DNA of 64,000 bases, taken from assembly GCA_004022145.1 (NCBI GenBank), contig RCNU01000007.1. One strand, written 5' to 3'. This document shows positions 47,996 to 62,047 of this stretch, piece after piece (the stretch's first letter is position 1; the number at the start of each line of letters is the position of its first letter). This DNA is from Paecilomyces variotii. Its lineage: Eukaryota. The translations under genes and the position numbers were made by a program. A model generated the notes under the pieces. It was not told the DNA's origin. It did no database searches and saw only the letters and a list, made by a program, of their open reading frames with translations.

Positions 47996-50731
47996 ATGGC
48001 GTTCATCACTTGTCTTACTGTAGTCTCTCTTTTGGTTTCTCCCATCACGTCCTCGCCAGTTGATCCGTCCCATGTTGACCCAGCGGATATTCTTAAGCGG
48101 GATCCTGTACCAGCTGGCTATCAATCGCCTCCATATTACCCGACACCCAAGGGAGGATGGGTATCGGACTGGGCTGAGGCCTATGCAAAGGCCTACGACG
48201 TCGTGAGCAACATGACTCTGGCCGAGAAGATCAACATGACCACCGGAACAGGGATCTTCATGGGTCCTTGTGTCGGCCAAACTGGCAGTGCTGAACGCTT
48301 CGGGATCCCCAATATCTGTCTCATGGACTCTCCGCTAGGTATTCGCAATACTGATCACAACACGGCTTTCCCGCCGGGGATCACCGTTGGAGCGACTTTC
48401 GACAAGGATCTCATGTATGCACGCGGAGTCGCACTTGGTGAGGAAGCCCGAGGAAAAGGTGTCAATGTCCTCATGGGGCCGGTTGTCGCGCCGCTTGGCC
48501 GCAAGCCACGAGGTGGTCGTAACTGGGAGGGTTTCGGTGCCGATCCCAGTCTGCAGGCAATTGGTGCTGCGCAGACGATTAAGGGAATGCAAAGCACCGG
48601 TGTGATCGCGACACTGAAGCATTTCATCGGGTATGAGCAGGAAGAGGACCGGATGAGCAGCATCATCACGCAGGGATACTCGTCCAATATCGATGATAGG
48701 ACTCTCCATGAGCTCTACCTTTGGCCGTTCGCCGAAGGAGTCAAAGCTGGAGTCGGCTCTGTCATGATCGCCTATAACGATGTATGCAGTTCTACACTAT
48801 GGTTTATGCTTGACTGCTGATTTGTATGATTAGGTGAACGGATCCGCTTGCAGCCAGAACAGCAAGCTGATCAACGGCGTATTAAAAGATGAGCTTGGAT
48901 TCCAGGGATTTGTTGTCACGGACTGGCTCGCTCAAATTGGCGGTGTCTCGTCGGCACTCGCTGGTCTTGACATGAGCATGCCCGGTGATGGCGCTGTTCC
49001 TTTGTTTGGTGACAGCTATTGGGGCTCAGACCTCTCCAAGTCTGTCCTCAATGGTACTGTTCCGCTGGACCGGTTGAACGATATGGTTCGTGGCCCAAGG
49101 GATCCTTCTGAAATGGTCTTGTCCAAGAGCTAATATTAACACAGGTGACCCGTATTGTCGCTACATGGTTCAAGTTTGGCCAGGACAAGGACTTCCCCCT
49201 ACCAAATTTCTCCAGCAACACCCTAGACAGAACAGGCGAAATCTATCCCGGTGCTCTCTTCTCACCCATAGGCATCGTCAACCAATACGTGAATGTCCAA
49301 GCCAACCACAACATCGTGGCCAGGGCCGTTGCAAGAGACGCGATCACTCTCCTGAAGAACGACCACAACATATTGCCCCTGAAGAGAAACGACTCACTGA
49401 AGGTGTTCGGTACTGATGCGGGCGGAAACCCTGACGGTATCAATTCCTGTAGCGACCATGGCTGCGACAAGGGTGTCCTCGTTGAGGGATGGGGAAGTGG
49501 CACGTCCAGACTTCCTTACCTTATCACGCCACAGGATGCCATCGCCAACAGATCCTCCAACGCCAAATTCTATATCACGGATACGTTCCCATCCGACGTG
49601 ACCGCCAACTCAAATGATGTCGCTGTCGTTTTCATCAACTCTGATTCCGGTGAAAACTATATCACCGTCGAGGGTAACCCTGGAGACCGCACAGTATCCG
49701 GCCTTTATGCATGGCACAACGGAGATGAATTGGTCCAAGCTGCCGCAGAGAAGTTCTCTAAAGTGGTCGTGGTCGTCCACACCGTTGGCCCTATCATCTT
49801 GGAGAAGTGGATCGATTTACCTTCAGTGAAGAGCGTCGTGTTTGCCCATCTACCAGGCCAGGAAGCCGGAAACTCCCTCGTAGACGTCCTGTTCGGAGAC
49901 TACAGTCCCAGCGGACATCTGCCTTACACGATCCCTCGTAACGAGTCCGACTACCCAAAGAGTGTGGGCCTTATCAATCAACCCTTCGGTCAGATCCAAG
50001 ACACTTTCACTGAAGGTCTATACATCGACTACCGCCATTTCCAGAGTGCCAACATCACCCCACGATACCCCTTCGGCCATGGTCTATCCTACACTACGTT
50101 CAACATCACCGAGCCGACTCTATCCGTTATCACGCCCCTGGATAGCGAGTATCCTGCCGCACGGCCCGCTAAAAATGCTACTCCCACATATAGCGACGTG
50201 ATCCCTCCCCCATCCGAAGTAGCCTGGCCAAAGACCAACTTCACCCGCATCTGGCGCTATCTCTATCCATACCTCGATAACCCCTCTGCCGCCGCGAAGA
50301 CCAACTCAACCTCCTACCCCTATCCCTCAGGTTACAGCACCATACCTAAGCCCGCGCCTCGCGCCGGTGGTGCTGAAGGCGGCAACCCAGCCCTATGGGA
50401 CATTGCCTACTCCGTCAACGTCACGGTGAGAAACACCGGTTCTCGACCAGGAAAGGCCGTGGCTCAGCTCTACGTCGAGCTACCTTCATCTCTGGCCCTC
50501 GACACGCCCCGTCTGCAACTTCGCCAGTTCGAGAAGACGCGCACGTTGGCTCCCGGCCAGAGCGAGGTTGTGACGATGGAACTGACACGGAAGGATTTGA
50601 GCGTTTGGGACGTAGTGGTACAGGATTGGAAAGCGCCCGTTGGCGGAGAAGGGGTTAAGATCTGGGTTGGACAGAGTGTAGGTGACCTTAGTGTTGTCTG
50701 TGAAGTTGGAGGCGAGTGTGGAAGTGCGTAG
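47996..50731 (+). CDS. bglF: Secreted GH3 beta-glucosidase (BglF-like); introns approx. 48782-48833 and 49086-49144
   Basis: Signal peptide, [40 protein letters not shown] (nucleophile region), SDSGE, C-terminal FnIII-like domain. Closely resembles the Aspergillus BglF sequence as I recall it. Confidence 0.9.
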
Positions 50732-51036
50732 ACCTGTTAAGGTTCAGGGGTTATGTTGGATAAGAGTAAAGAATATATAGTTATGATGTGGGTTCAGATG
50801 GGTAACTGGTAAGTATGGATGGAGGCTTTTGGTATGTACATACATATGTATATGTACATACATCCGTTGTATATACACACATAGGGAAATAATATACGTA
50901 ATACCTTTTTTTTTGGTCTTTGATTGGGTTATATTCAATGGCTCTCTTGATCATAAGTAAAACCATCAACGAGCGTGTGTCATTCTATTTGTTGACTCCC
51001 GTGATCTACGAAAAAATACGCATTTGCACCAGCATC

Positions 51037-51092
51037 AAAAAAAAAAACAAAACAAAACAAAACAAAAAAAAAGGGGGGGGGGGGGGGGGGGG
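51037..51092. repeat. A-rich (AAAAC)n tract directly followed by G20
   Basis: Direct reading: about 36 nt of A/(AAAAC) then 20 G (51073-51092). Confidence 0.9.
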
Positions 51093-53188
51093 TAAATAAA
51101 TATCTACATGAGAAATTCGAATAGGTATAATAATATAAGTTAGGTATCACAACAACACCCCCACCCCTTCCCCAAATTCTAAGTGTGTCTTTATTGAGGC
51201 GATTCTGCTTAATCTGTATCAAAAACTCAAACTAAAGATGCAGCAGGACCTGTAATAATATGCAACATGGCAGAGTCTCTAGTCCAATTCACGCCTTGTA
51301 ATCGCATTGGCATATTGAAAGACTCGACATAGCGCTGGCTGCACTAACAAGTGAAAGCTGGAGAATTTCACCAACCATTGATTGATAGGGAACAAGAACT
51401 CAAACTTCCCTGGCATGCGTGAATCGCGGAACTTTTTGCTTGTCTGGATATAGGTACATACTCTAACGATGACCGAAGCTTTCTTTCTTTCTTCCAAGAG
51501 ACGTTGACTAGTCACACTCCTAGTTTTAAAAGGGGGGCTTTCTTTGCCTGCTATGATATCTAGACAGGTTAAAGCTGCCAGATACTTGGACTTTCTAGCA
51601 AGCCCGGGCTATTATTCTCCATTGACTGAGCTCACTGAATCAAGGCATGGAGGAACTGCTTCAGGAGCACCCAAGTTAGGTAGAGACAGTTTTCGAGATA
51701 ACGCTGTCTATCCATATCACACGGGGAGCCAAGACATTAACCTACATGACGTGTTTCAGCCAGCCCTTAATATACACGGTGCTCCATCGTTCTATTAATT
51801 ACAATCCTTGCATTTTTTTCAAGAATATTTATGGCTGAGAACCTCATTCTGTTATTACCAAGTCAAGTTCCACAGAAGTGCTCAACCCTACAATACCTAT
51901 ATCCATTAGTATTGATGCGGGAACCGGACACTACTTAAACCAACTACAACTCTTGTCTTGCTCGATAATGAGAAACATTATGCCTACGAAATGACTGATA
52001 TTGCTACCCTTTATCCACGTGTATGACAACAGAGAACTGAAAAGCCATACACCCAGTGGTCCGTGTTTGGCTCTATAAGCCCGCCAATGACGATGGGGAC
52101 GTTTCTGCGACAAGGTAGTATCCAAGTCGATAGATGCCAGTGCAGTGTTTCTGGAGATTATCCGGCAAGTACTTACTGGGCAGGTACACTGTCCGAAGAG
52201 AGAGAATATTATGGTAATGCATGACGGTGCAAAACCGACAACCTTTAGCTACTGGAAAGAAATTCCTGGGTCAAGTCTCAATAATAGAGTACCTGATAAA
52301 GGTCTATTTACCTGCAATCCCTTTCAATGTCTAGATGCTTTTCGAGAAGGACACGTGGTTCCTAGAGGATTTTTTGTGCCACGATGGTAAAATCCTCAAC
52401 AAGTCCAACAGAGATCGACGAGGCACTTGTTGTGACCCCCAATACATCTAAAAGCACAGCCTACAGTTGATCAAATTGCTAATGATTCGGTTGTTTGGCT
52501 CGAGTTTAGTTATATAACTCCCGAAATACTAGTTACTATATGAGACTGTGTTGATTACATACTTTTTAGAAGATGTCAAGTCATATAATGCAATCAGCTA
52601 GCATAGGGATTGTCTCATTTGTATTTTGTGTTCCGAGAGGAATAGTTATCAGCACGCGTACCGGTGCCCCGTCATATTGTCCAGGTTCATGTCATGCCGC
52701 AACCTACCAGATCACTAGAATATAGGTTCTTTGTGTAACTAGGAAGGTAAACATGGGGTCAACCTCATACAAAGTCGACTAATAGAATTTGGGCTAGTGT
52801 TGCAGGCGGACGAAATGGCACGCTGATAATACAGACGGGATTTATTCTTCCTTTTACGGATTGGATTCGCATAGGAGAAACTCGCTCGAAGATATCTCTT
52901 AGGTGTCAAACCGCGACGTTTAAGTTTGCTTTGTCACTGCTCTCTCCAAGTGGAATCATCGTATTGTCATTTAGGATATTGACCCACTTGTCTCGTGGAC
53001 GTAGAATAGATTGTTAGCTCTAGGTACTCTATCAGATGAAAGCAACTTCCTGATTATCCCTTCACAACCCCATAATAGCGTAAGAAATACCTAAGAAGCA
53101 CCCATGAATCTGCTTCCATATTACGACATAATAGCACTTTGAATGCATCAGTGACTGTCAGCCGCTGGCTGAAACTGTTTTATCATCG

Positions 53189-56100
53189 TTAATTCTTTTT
53201 CCATTTCCAGCTCTTCACCCGGAACTCATAATAAACGAGGACGGCGAACGCAGTATTAAAGGCGATGTATACCCAAACAATACCGAAATCGCGCCAACGC
53301 TGGCTTGACTCAATATTGCGCGCTGACAAGAACTGATCGGCGACACTCACTGAGCAGTATCGGCAATCATTGGTGGCGTTGGGGTTGACCAGAGTCCCTA
53401 CCTCTGCACCCAAAGCGTTCAGATATGGCTGCATATACTGTCCGCATGTTGCTCCAGGTGGAGGCTGGAATACGCTAAATTCATCATCAGCGCATTGGAC
53501 TGTGCGACCGCCGATTCCAGCTGCGGCAATCCCGTTGACAATGTATGTCATGGGCGATACCCGCCACATGAACGTCCAGAATCCGGGTAGGGCAACCTTT
53601 GGCAACAGAACTCCATTAAATATCAATGTCAGATAAAAGACGAGGGTTGCAATCTGGCCAGCTGTCTCGGCATCGGGAAGGGCTGCGACAACAGCATGTG
53701 CGAAAGTGGATCCGAAAATGAAAAACTCGATACAAATGAGAAGGATAACGCCCTGATTCTCGGAGCTTAGGATGCCAAAGACCGGATAAGTAAAGGCGGC
53801 GAACAACATGATGCCGAGAAGAGTCTGGTAGGGAAGCTCAACGAAGATGTTGGCCATGATGAAAGCCGCCCAGTGATAAGTCTTCGAAGGGCGTTCTCGA
53901 ACTTCATACAGATCGCGTTGGAAAATGAACTGGGGCATTATCTGCTGCACCAGGGCAGCAAAAATAGCCGTAATCATGAAGATGGCGAAAATAAGCGATT
54001 GCAGACCCACTTGCGAAGTGCCAGGAATGTAAAAGGAGAATCCAACGAAAACTGTAGCATGTTAGCAAACCCTCAATAATACTGTAAAAGATCCGTCCCC
54101 GCTGTACTCACGAGCTGATGCCACACCTAGGATGAACTTTCCATAGATATAGCTAGGAGTACGCCAGTACTGCTGAAACACTCGAATCATCACCGCAATG
54201 AGCTGGGACCAGAAGGGCATCGCAAACTCTGTGTTCGAATCATCTGAGTCTCCTGGCTTTTCGCTAGGCCTGTTCTTTAAGTCCTCGTGGAGACGGTCAA
54301 GCTCTTTGCTGACTTCCTTAGCCTCATCACTTGTTCGCCATAATGCTGGCCAGTCTTGAGAAGAGACGTTAGATACGCCAGCGCCCGCAAGCTCTAGTAT
54401 ATATTCTGCAGGGTTCTCTGTGTCGCCGCATGGACGAGCTCCTTGCTTGTGGAAGTAATCAAGCAGCGTTTTTGAATTATCGCCAATCTCACCGAAGTAG
54501 ACCGTTTTACCACCCTGGGCAAGGAATAGCAGACGATCGAACTGCTGAAACAAGATAGCGGATGGCTGGTGAATTGTTGATAACACCGCCTGGCCACTAT
54601 CCGCCAGTTTGCGGAGAAAAGCGATGATAGTCCACGATGACTGGCTATCAAGACCAGACGTTGGTTCGTCCAAGAACAGCAGAAGCGCTGGGCGTGCAGC
54701 AAGCTCAACGCCAATGGTGAGCAGCTTCCGCTGTTCAACGTTCAATCCTTCTCCTGGAATCCCAACAACAGCCTCCGAGAAATCTTCCATGTTGAGCATG
54801 CGAATAACTAATATCGATCAGCAGCTGTACAAAGTCTTATTTATTCGAGTACATACCATCTTCGACAAATTCGTATTTCTCCTTGACTGGCACGGACTTA
54901 GGTTGTCGCAGCAAAGCTGAAAACCGCAAGGCTTCTCTAACAGTGGATGTGTGGAGATGGAGATCTTGCTGCTGGACATATCCTGTCTTCCGGGGAAAAC
55001 TAGCACCTCGCGGCATTCCATTGACCAGCATATCACCAGTCACGACACCGATCGAGACTCTCTGAGCCAACACGTTGAGAAGCGTTGTCTTTCCGGCCCC
55101 GGAAACACCCATCAAAGCAGTCAAGGTACCCGGTTTGACCCATCCCGAGACGCCGTCGAGCAAGCGCCGCGGTTCCCCTTTAATCTCGATGTCGTAGCAC
55201 ACATTTCGCCATGTAAAAATGTCTTTCTGCTCACGAAGGCCTTCCACCTCCTGCTCGGTAGCTTCGCCAGCGTCGTCGACGAGTTTTGTCGAGTCGTTTT
55301 CTGCAAGCGCTTGCAGGACATGCTTTGGGACACGTCCGTGACGGTAAACAAGTGCTTCTGCTGTGGACGAGGTGGAAGAGTTCAGCTCAGTGACTATCAA
55401 GTATAAAGCCATGAAGAATGCAGTGAAGGCACATAAGATCCCGAAGTTGCGCCATAGGTGCGAATACTCGTATCGATAGCTGGCATATAGGTACTTGTCT
55501 CCATTCACAAAAAGTTGACCAGGAACAGCTCCCTTCTCGCCACAGACAAATGTCGGATTTGCACCCGTAGAGAAACCAGGGTATGCTGGAACAACATCTG
55601 AGCAGGGGAAGTCTCTCCCGTGGAACTCGTTGACGATGAGCGCTTCGTACGCATAGCTGAGAGGGTTAATCCACATAATCCATCCAAACCAAGGATGCAT
55701 GTTTGGTCTCGGAATCACAAATCCTGTGTATATCACCGTCGCAATAAGGATGACTCCAGCGACGGCCAGAGCTTGAGGGATTGTCTGAGTGGCAGCGGCA
55801 ATTGTCCTGAAAACTTGACTCATGCAAAGCAGAGCTGTGAAGGTGATCAAGAAGAATATGAAGAATGGCCCTGGCTCATATCGCAGACTGCCAAGGAAAT
55901 ATAGCACCGTATTGAAAATGACCCCTGAAATGAGCTTGATCGGAATGTCGCTGACAATCCCTGCGAGAGCTTCCGCGAAAGGATGATAGAAAGTGTAGGA
56001 AGCATGCTTCTCCACGATAGGACGTTGGCTGTATAACGCGTTTATCTCTGATACAGTCAAGAGGGAGTTCAAGAGGACAGCAAAGAAGAGGACCGAGCTC

Positions 56101-57704
56101 TTTGCGAAGAACGATTGCGTGCCAAACGGAGTCCCATAGAACAAGGACCCGATAATCAATGACATGACGATTTGACCACCAATTGTGGTCAAGGTTGATG
56201 TCCGGTCATTCCAGATCCTCTGATAGGCGCGAAGAGTACAGATTCTAACCTGCATTGGGACACTTATCACATAGGGAGACCGTGGGTTCGTGTGCTTGGC
56301 CTGTCTTCCCCGATGACTCTCAGTGAAGTCTTCGAGAGTCGGGCCATTGAGCGGGTACTTTTCCTCGTGTGCGTGGATTTCTTCTCGTAGATTCTTGAAA
56401 TCCACGCTCTCCTTCCAGTACTTTTCAAACTCCTCTGCTGTACGTGGGGTGCGGTGCTCAAAGCCCTCCTTAGCCTGCCGTTCACTCGGGTTGGTTAAAC
56501 TCGTCAGGAAATCTGCGGTTGTCTGTCTTGGTGGACAGTACCAGCCCATATGCTCAAAGTACTCCTTAGCCCGCGAGGTACGACCAAAAAAGACCTCACG
56601 GCCTTCGTAGAGGACAACGACCTTGTCGAATTGCTCATAGATCGCCTGAGAAGCCTGGTAGATCGCGACGAGGTGGGTGGTCTCAAAGCATTTGGAGCTC
56701 AACCGCAAGGCTTTGACGAAATCAAGCGCATTCGCAGAATCAAGACCCCGAGTGGAGTTGTCCCAGCAGCACAGAGGGGACCCTGCGAGCGCCATTTCTG
56801 CAATAGAGACTCTCTTCCTTTCTCCTCCACTCACACCCCGCACGAAGTCAGAGCCGACCTTGGTATTGACGGTGTGGGAGAGTCCAAAGACAGCCATTAC
56901 AACATCTCTGACTTCTTGAATGTACTCATTGCGTGTCTGCCCTTCACGGCGAACTCTTGGAGCTCTGGCAGCAGCCGCAAACCAGAGTGTCTCTCCTACT
57001 GTCAGGTGAGGAAAGTCTGCATGTTTCTGTTAGCATCCGAATACTGACGATCATAAACACAACTTACGTTTCTCGACTTCCTGGTTGTAGAGGATCTCTC
57101 CCTTGAATTCGTTCTTCATCAGCTTCTGGGGAATTCCATCATAGGTGATCTCTGCAGCTTTGTCAATATCTAGGCCAGTAACATCAGCCGATATTGACTT
57201 CAGGAAGGTCGAGCAGCCTGCACCAGGGCGCCCTAGAACCATAAGCATCTCCCCACGCTTAAGGCAGCCATGGAAATCATGTAGGATAGTCTTGCGGGCT
57301 TTTTGGTCCACGCCCTTCAAGCGGAATTGAGAGGTGAGCATGGAGGTGACAGTGTGCTGAATCTGGATCGCAGCTCCTGACCCATAGACGGAGAGGTTCT
57401 TGAAGATGACACCCGTACGGCGTGGTTTGAACTTTCCTGATTCGTACTTGCGTAACTGGAACAGCATCCATTTTGAGAGATCGAACTCGTTGCTTTTTGG
57501 GTCGAGACTGGGCGATTTGGTATCGACATCCGAGATTGCATCCCCAGCATGTGTCTGGACTTCAGACAACTTTTCCGACTGCTGCGTAGCGATGCGTTTC
57601 AATTGGTCCCGTTCACTGTCAGACCAGATGGGATCGAATTCTGGAGTGCTTGGTTCTCCATGCTCGGTCTTCTCGTCCTCATCAGGAGTTCCTGGAGCGG
57701 CCAT
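53189..57704 (-). CDS. Full-size PDR/ABCG multidrug transporter (NBD-TMD)2; introns approx. 57016-57067, 54808-54856, 54052-54111
   Basis: NBD1 with degenerate Walker [23 protein letters not shown] and [13 protein letters not shown]2 with [15 protein letters not shown] and [14 protein letters not shown] loop motifs and WRNFGI. Confidence 0.96.
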
Positions 57705-59097
57705 TGTGCCTTCAGTGTCAGATGGTTGTCGAGCGCGCCTTTCAGAGCCTCTGCAGATGACTTGACTTGTACTGGATGAAGAGGGGATGCGTTGTTGTCA
57801 GGAGATGAAGATTTCTCTGGGGCAGGATAATGACAGAGAGATACATCGCAGATGGCAGGAAGCACGCGCAGAGCTCGACATGAACAGGGGAAGCGCAAAC
57901 GAAATACTTAAAGAGCTTGTGTGACTGCCTGCTACACACGACCCAACTGCTTGCCATCGCGCCTTTGCATGTGAACGCCCCAATGATGATTCAGGAACTG
58001 TCCAATAATAATGATACTAGTTAACTACTAGCTGTAAAGCAACGATCAAGAGATCCGATGAGTGGCGCTATGAGGAACAGTTTATCGCCTTGTCTATAAC
58101 TGGTACTAACATTTGCTTCTAGTTGCCTGACACGGGCCGATTTGCGCGCCTCGGCGGCCGTGGATGTCTCTTGCTGGGGCAGCCCGAATTATGACTTCCG
58201 ACCCCCGACAATAATAATCGGCAGGTTTTGGCACTCCATCCGGTAAGAAATCCGTCATTCGATTCTTTTTAGGGTAACGATTTGTTCCTTACTGCCGTTG
58301 CTAAAACCAGATGGTATCTAGATACTCCGTACTCGCTCCACCAGGAAAACACAGATAGGAAGACAATAATGCGGGAACGGGATGCAACAGATGCTAAGCT
58401 TCGCTCGTACTTGCCTCAGTGAGACCCGATCATCAACCATCTACACAGTCGGACATGGATCAGTGCAGCCAGAGACGGCAGGAGGAACATACTAGGGACT
58501 GAGACGGTGGTGTAGACCCTGCCTGCTCTATGCATACGTATAGATGTATTCGAATACCTAATGTATGTACTTCCATGATACGTGGTACTGGCAGGTGCGA
58601 TATTCGAACTCGCGCTACATGGAAATTGAGTAACTTGAATTGGGCAGGGTAATCATTGCGCCTCTGTCACCCTCAGGACACCGCCGTTGTGCTGTACTTA
58701 GTACTGTACATACTTCCTGTACATAACTATACGCAGTGGGGCAGTCTTTGTAAATCCAGGCGACTGTTAACGGTTCTTGGGAGTGCTTCTACAGCCATTC
58801 CCATCGTAGACCATTGAGCAGGATACTTTCTATATCGTCCTTTATACACCTCCAAATTTTCAACTATGAGCGGCGTGCCCATTGCATATTAATAATAATA
58901 ATATCAGCGAATCTATTTAACTATTATTCTGTACTAAACATCGACCACCGAGACCCGAGTCCCGTGATGTTAACTTACCTTACTCTCCGGGACTTCCGAC
59001 CTCCGCGTCTGCCCGGAACTTAAAGGGCGATTATACTTCGCATCTCGGTGATCGATGCATGAAGTCGATAATCTCCTTCACAAACTGACATGACAAT

Positions 59098-61801
59098 ATG
59101 ATCGCCGCCACCTCGTTGCTGCAGCCTGTGCTTTCCAAATCCTGCGACGACTGCAAAGCCCGCAAAGTGCGCTGCATCCGTTAGTCTCTCTGATCGACAA
59201 TGCATTTGCTTGTGTCTTTTACACAAAGACTGTTTACCTAGTTAACAAAAATACCTCACTCTACAGGCGACCATGGCAAGAGTAGTTGTACAAACTGTTT
59301 GGTATGGCACTAAGTAACATCTTCCCCCTATGAGGGACACCCGCTGATTGGTACATGTACACTCCGCAGCGACGAGAGGTGCGGTGTCACTTCAGTAACA
59401 CCAAAAGAAAATTGCGACAGCGACGGTCAACGTCAACCCATTCTCCAATACACTGGTCTGCGGAGCAAGATAATGATTACCCCACACAATCGCTGCACAC
59501 TTCTCCCACTCCAAGTTACTCTTATGGGGCTCCACGGAAGTTGTATATGGAACGCATCCTCGAAGACAGGCACGTAGAGGCTCTCCCGAGGAATGAAGAC
59601 TGCATCTTCAAAGTACGTACGAGCCTAGGGATTCACTCCTATCTTAACAATGTGGTCTCAGACTGACACTGGAGCGTGGTGCAGGCACATGAAAAATATG
59701 GTACTTTTTCCCTTCCTCATATGCCGTTTTTGGGGAAAGTAGTAACGTTTCTTACATAGTGGCAAGCTCGAGCCTGGCATTCTTTTCAGAAAGCAGGATA
59801 CGATCCGTATCCGAGCTTCTTGGGCACACAAAGCTACGAGATTTGATCGAGACCATGATTACCGTCATCAATGGACGAATGAACCGCAGTGGCAGACCCT
59901 CTGGTTCGATTATCAAATTCAAAGAACCGTCATCGGCGGTGCAGATCCCGCCGGAGTCGGCGGCTTCCTACATTAGAGGTCATCATCCCTGTCAGTCGTC
60001 GTGATTGCTTGACGGTTTCTAACATGCAGGACAGCGTACTTTGAGCAAGTTCATCCTCTCTATCCCTTTTTGGATCGACAATCGTTCGAAGCCAAGGTTT
60101 GCAATCCACAGTTACCACAGTTACTGTCGACCTCGGCTCCCTTCTCGGCTCTGTACCACACCGTCCTCGCTCTTGGATGTCAATATCAGGAAGGAGGTAC
60201 TTTTGATCCGGGGCAGGGGAAGGCATGGAAGCTATTCCAGATCTCTCTGGGCTTATTCCCGGATGTGCTAGTTCCGCGGGAGAGTCTGATCAACGTGCAG
60301 GTAGGTGATACGATCACTGTTCTGTTCTATTACGGCTTTACTGACTTCGCTCAGGCTGTTACAGCAATGGTAAGTACCCTTTAGCACACTGAGTTCGTAG
60401 AGGCTGAATATATCGGGCTAGGCAATTTTTGCCCTTAATCTATCATGTCTCCAAATTGGCCAAATGATGGTGTCAGAAGCAGCCAGGATGGCTCAGTCGC
60501 TCGGATTCGGGAGAGCGACGTCCTCCAGTGATAATGCAGAGCACCATAGGACTTTCTGGGTGATATACACCATTGAGAAGATGGATAGCTTCTACAGTGG
60601 CAGGAATTCGGTGAGTGCAGGCATTCTGGACGCTGAGCTGCACTTGCCGTGACTAACGGCTCCAGATCCTCATTGATTACGATATTGGTGCTCCTATTCC
60701 AGTCGCGCCTGAGGCGATGTTCGGAGACTTTGACTGGTTTTTGTCCTCAGCCAGGTTCAGCAGGTTACTTTCCAAGGCGTTTGAGATGCTGTTCTCTGTC
60801 ACTGCGAGGATGAATTCTGTAGAGGCATACTACGCAGCTATTGACATGGCCGGCGACGATCTAGAACGCTGGAGGAATTCCATCCCCGAGCAATTCCGCC
60901 CCGGTCTGCCTTTTCGAGCCCAGCATTTTGCCAATTCGTGCACCCTCCAGGTAGCTCTAAGGATACACTATTATTATTACAGTGGTGTCATCGCCCTGTC
61001 TCGGTTGACACTCAATGTCGGTGCGGCAAATCCAGGTTCACGACAGTCTCAGAGCAAGAAAGCACTCATGAACGCTGCACGTGTCATTATCGAGCTGACC
61101 AGGTATATTGATGCTGAAGCGTATACTCCAATATGGTACGCTTGTACTTCTGGCAAGGCCCCCATACATCTATTCTAACCGCAGACTGCAGGATCCTGGG
61201 CGTAATGCCTCTTTCCGCCTTGTTCATCCTGTTCGATTTTGTTGTTCACAACCCGAACCACCGTGAGACAAGGAGCAACCTGGCACTATTGGACGTAGCA
61301 GCTGGTTATTTTAGCCGCTTAGAATATGCCACAGGAGGGTCCCTTCCTAGCTCTCTTCTCTCTGATTTTGCGCATATCGCGCGACAATTCGTGCGGGATG
61401 TGCAATCGAGGAATTCTAACGGTGGCCAAGGGACCACTACGAGGACTCCAGAAAGGCCAGTACAAATGAATGCTATTGATAGTGCAAATAATCCCTCAAC
61501 GTTTATACCGGTGCGTCTGTCGTATTAACCGTCCACAAAAGTATTCAATGCTGACTTGTCTGTGCAGCAACCATATAACACACCGAGTCAAGGTGCAGTA
61601 AGCGACACGAGTCCAATCACCGACTACCTTTTCTATCCGATCGCTTTTCCGCAGGTAAGTGCAGTAGACGACGATCTGCCGGCCCCGGCCGGTTTTGACA
61701 TTATGAACCTCTTTGATACGGTCATTCCGGACTTTAGCACCCCGCTAGACCAGAACTACGACATTGGGTCTGGGCCCAGCATGCATGGTTCAATGAGTTA
61801 A
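59098..61801 (+). CDS. Zn2Cys6 transcription factor, about 10 introns
   Basis: Spliced cluster CDDCKARKVRCIRDHGKSSCTNCLRREVRC over 3 exons (introns 59180-59266, 59302-59389); YFEQVHPLYPFLD; EAARMAQSLG; RTFWVIY. Confidence 0.85.
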
Positions 61802-62047
61802 TGTACTGCACTATGGCCAGATATTGCTGGAGGCGCAAGTTCTGTATGTACATACTATAATGAAATCCAATATGGAATGGTGTATGAACGAGAATAACTT
61901 TTTCCCTTCTTTGGAGACCCTCGCGATGCAGTTAAATATACTTACACGATGGAATGCAGATCACTCCTCACTCCTAATTATGAAAATAATTGCATCAGAT
62001 GAAGTCAAACGCTCGTCTCTCATAACTAATGCTTGCAACGCCAACAA

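Noticed and set aside
50832-50861. Inverted repeat GTATGTACATA...TATGTACATAC after bglF
   Set aside because: Low-complexity TA/CA-rich 3'UTR sequence; self-complementarity is expected by chance.
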